Assembly: GCF_008831285.2 (NCBI RefSeq) | Contig: NC_045138.2 | Coordinates: forward strand, 31,806,001-31,870,000 | Reading direction: 5' to 3' | DNA length: 64,000 nucleotides | Source of the DNA: Nymphaea colorata | Taxonomy: Eukaryota | Part shown: in pieces, positions 60,616 through 64,000 of the stretch | How positions within the stretch are numbered: position 1 is the stretch's first letter | How the letters are laid out: each line of letters opens with the position of its first letter | Notes under the pieces: generated by a model | The model's input: the letters and a program-made list of their open reading frames with translations, nothing else | Told to the model about the DNA's origin: nothing | Database searches by the model: none | Position numbers and translations under genes: made by a program

Positions 60616-63600
60616 TGTTGCGTAGAGAGGTAGAGAGGAGGGAGAAGAGAAGAATGTGAGGAAGGAGGAGAGAATAGGTAGCAGTCATCAATCTGTCGGC
60701 TGTTCCTTTTCCATTAGACTAAATAAGGATTAGGGTTATGTTTAACCCTTTACATAAAGAGTCCAACAAAATTTTAAAAATTCAAAAAGCTACCTAATAT
60801 TAAATACCAAAATACATAACACTTTAAATACCAAAGCAGCACGTTTCCTAAACACTCCCCCTCAAGCTGGAGCATAGATGTCTATCATGCTCAGCTTGCT
60901 ACAACACTTTATGAAATTGGATATTGGAAGAGCTTTGGTAAATATATCTGCAGGTTGGTCTTCGGAAGCAACATACTCAGTAGAGATAATCCCTGCTTGG
61001 ACCAAGTCTCTAATGTAATGACAATCAACTTCAATATGCTTGGTCCGTTCGTGGAAGACCGGATTATTTGCTATGTAAGTAGCCGCTTTATTATCACATT
61101 GCATTTTTATAGGCAATTCTACCTGAATTCCAAGACCTTCTAGCATGCCTCTCACCCACGTGATTTCAGTGGTTGTTTGGGTCATGGCTCGATATTCTGA
61201 CTCTGCACTCGATCGAGCAACAACAGCTTGCTTTTTACTTCTCCAAGAAACTAAGTTGCCACCAACAAAGATACAGAATCCCGTAATTGACTTTCTGTCA
61301 TCAATTGAGCATGCATAATCTGCATCATAATAAGTTTCTATCTAAAGTGAAGTGCTTCTTCTAAATAATAGACCCTGACCCTTTCCAGGGGAGCCTTTTA
61401 GAAATTTCAATAATAACATAGCTGCATCCCAATGGGCTTTCCTTGGCTTATCCATAAATTGGCTTAGTTTTCCCACAGCAAAGGATATATCATGTCTAGT
61501 AATTGTTACATATAGTAGCTTTCCAATGAGAGACCGATATGATTTGCTATCAACAAGTTCAGATTTGTCATCATATAAATGAGTGCGAGAATTCATAGGA
61601 TTAGAAGTTGGTTTAGTTCCAGTCATACCTGTTTCGTGTAGCAAATCAAGAACATATTTTCTTTGAGAAATGACTAGACCTTCTTTACTTCTTGCCGCTT
61701 CTATCCCCAAGAAGTAACGTAGAGAGCCAAGATCTTTAGTAACAAAATGCTGTTGTAAATACTTCTTTGTGTCTTGTATTTCTTGTTCATTGTCACCAGT
61801 TAAAATAATATCATCCACGTATATCACCATAACAACTATACCTATTGAAGTCCTTTTTACGAACAATGAATGATATAAAGACGATCTCTGAAACTCAAAC
61901 TTAAACACAACGCCACACAACTTCTGAAACCATGCTCTAGGACTCTGTTTCAAACCATATATAACCATTTTTAACAAACATACCTTGGTACACTCCCCCT
62001 GTTTCTCAAAGCCGGGTGGTTGCTGCATATAAACCACTTCAGTTAAATCCCCATACAAAAATGCATTTTTAACATCGAGTTGGTACATGTTCTAACCATA
62101 ATGAACTGCAACAAATATAATGAGTCGTATAGTGCCCAAACGTGCCACAGGAGAGAAAGTTTCAAAGAAATCAACACCATATGTCTGTGTGTACCCTTTT
62201 GCTACCAAACGTGCCTCATAGCGCTCAACTGTACCATTTGAGTTGTACTTGATAGTGAAAACCCATTTCGAGCCAACAATATCTGCCCCAAGAGGAGGTT
62301 CAACGAGATCCCAAGTGTGACGAGATATTAGAGAATCCATCTCCGCCTTCATAGCTTGGTACCACTTAGAGTCCAACATAGCTTGCTCATGTGAAATAGG
62401 AATGGATGTAGCTGACAAGGCATCAATGAATTTGCACATATGATCTACCACATGAGTTGTACTAACAAACTTAGAAAGAGGATGAACTGTGCATCGTCTA
62501 ATCTCTTTATGCAGTGCAATAGGTAATTCATCAGGAACATAAGCATCAAGGGACACTCGGGCATGTCATGTAATTCAAAATTACTTACCTCCCGAGAGCA
62601 AGATGGTGCAGGGTCATTAGATGATGGATTTCTTCTTGAATATGTGAGAGGAGGATCTTTAAACCATGGAATGGAGGGAGTAGAACAGGTGGGTGATGAT
62701 GAAAAAGGAATGGACTCAAGGGGAATTGGAGGAATTAGAAGTGGAACAGAAGAGGGCATCTCATACTTTGGATATGAAGGACTTGCAGAAAAAAATGGAG
62801 ACAACTCGAGAAAGGTTACATCGGCACTGACAAACTCTCGATTAGATATAGGATCTAGGCATCGATACCCTTTTTGATTTCTAGAGTATCCCGCAAACAC
62901 ACATTTACTTGCTTGAGCAGCTAGTTTATCTCGATTGGAACCAAGTTTATGTACAAAGCATGTGCACCCAAATATCCGTGGGGGTAAAGAAAATAAAGCT
63001 CTATTTGAGTAGAGAATTTGTATTGGAATTTTGTTGTCTATGGAAGATGATGGCATTCTATTTATTAGGTAACATGCAATCAAAATTGCATCTCCCCAAA
63101 ATTTGGAAGGCATAAGAGAATGAATCATGATTGTGCGGGCTACATTCAACAAATGACGATATTTTCTTTCACCTACACCATTTTGCTGAGATGTGTGAGG
63201 GCATGTAAAATGTGGCACAATACCATGGGATTTATAGAAGTCAAGTAAATGAGAAGATTTGAACTCGAGAGCATTGTCAGTGCGAACAACTTTGACACAA
63301 GAATTAAATTGAGTTTTTATTTCCAATATGAAAGATTTCAAGATACAAGGAGCTTCAGTTATGTCTTTCATCAAAAACACCCAAGTGACACGAGAAAAAT
63401 CATCAACAATGGAAAGATAATAACGAGACGACAATCGACTTGGAACCCGACTAGGCCCCCAAACATCAACATGAACCAAATCAATGACATTGACTAAACT
63501 GACTTTGACTCGATGGAAAGGAAGTACGACTATGCTTGCCCAGTTGACAAGCTTCACACTCGATAGACGTTGTGGAGGAAATCTGAGGACACAGCAGCTG

Positions 63601-64000
63601 AAGTTTAGGGAATGATGGATGACCCAATCTGAGATGTCACTGGAAGGCACTTGAAGAATAATCAACTAGGAATGACGCCTCCTTATGGATGTATCCAAGA
63701 TGTATATTCCATCTATCTCATGGCCTCCACCAATCTTCCTCCCAGTCGATAGATCCTGAAATACACAAGTATCCGAGTCAAAAATAACTCTGCAATTCAT
63801 CTCTTTAGTTAGTTTGCTTACAGATAACAAATTCTTTGGGAATTCAGGAGTATCTAACACATCATGAACATGCAAAGATGGAGAAAGATAAACATCTCCA
63901 CGTCCTTCTACTGGTGATAGTCTTCCATCCGCCAATCGAACATGTTGAGGTGAATCAAATTTTTGTAGGTTTGAAATACTAGCATCTCCACAAAAGTGTT
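60616..64000 (-). mobile_element. Copia element F: degenerate sibling of E, runs off the window end
   Basis: 3' LTR 60616-60854 similar to the E LTRs; PPT at 60855-60865; RH, RT, integrase and protease-end fragments. Confidence 0.93.
60862..64000 (-). pseudogene. Element F pol (protease end, integrase, RT, RNase H) with stops and frameshifts
   Basis: ORFs 63666..63935, 62445..63665, 62092..62556, 61342..62088, 60862..61185. Confidence 0.92.

Overview
Plant (angiosperm) nuclear DNA, not prokaryotic. The whole window lies in or just downstream of one large minus-strand gene, a spastizin/SPG15 (ZFYVE26)-like AP-5 accessory protein. I reconstructed 27 phase-consistent coding exons (55824 down to the stop at 1288; 5067 nt, 1688 aa plus stop); the 5' exons lie beyond position 64000. 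Three introns are inflated by transposons: 3272-16131 (12.9 kb), 18535-36379 (17.8 kb) and 55825 to >64000. They hold six Ty1/Copia elements: A, a 3'-truncated gag remnant; B, which carries a nested near-intact hAT; C, young with one stop; D, old and nested in an L1 remnant inside a MITE; E, lacking protease/integrase; F, an inverted sibling of E. There are also two TRIMs (one fused to a Gypsy integrase fragment), MITE/MULE-like elements and microsatellites. The most notable observations are a ~2 kb-arm inverted repeat formed by E and F inside the host pre-mRNA, a protease-skipping Gag intron with a conserved alternative-frame EEDW tail (intact in C, decayed in D, acceptor side seen in F), and the Gypsy-integrase/TRIM chimera. 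Coordinates and mismatch counts were read by eye. No database search was run, and the species is not determined.
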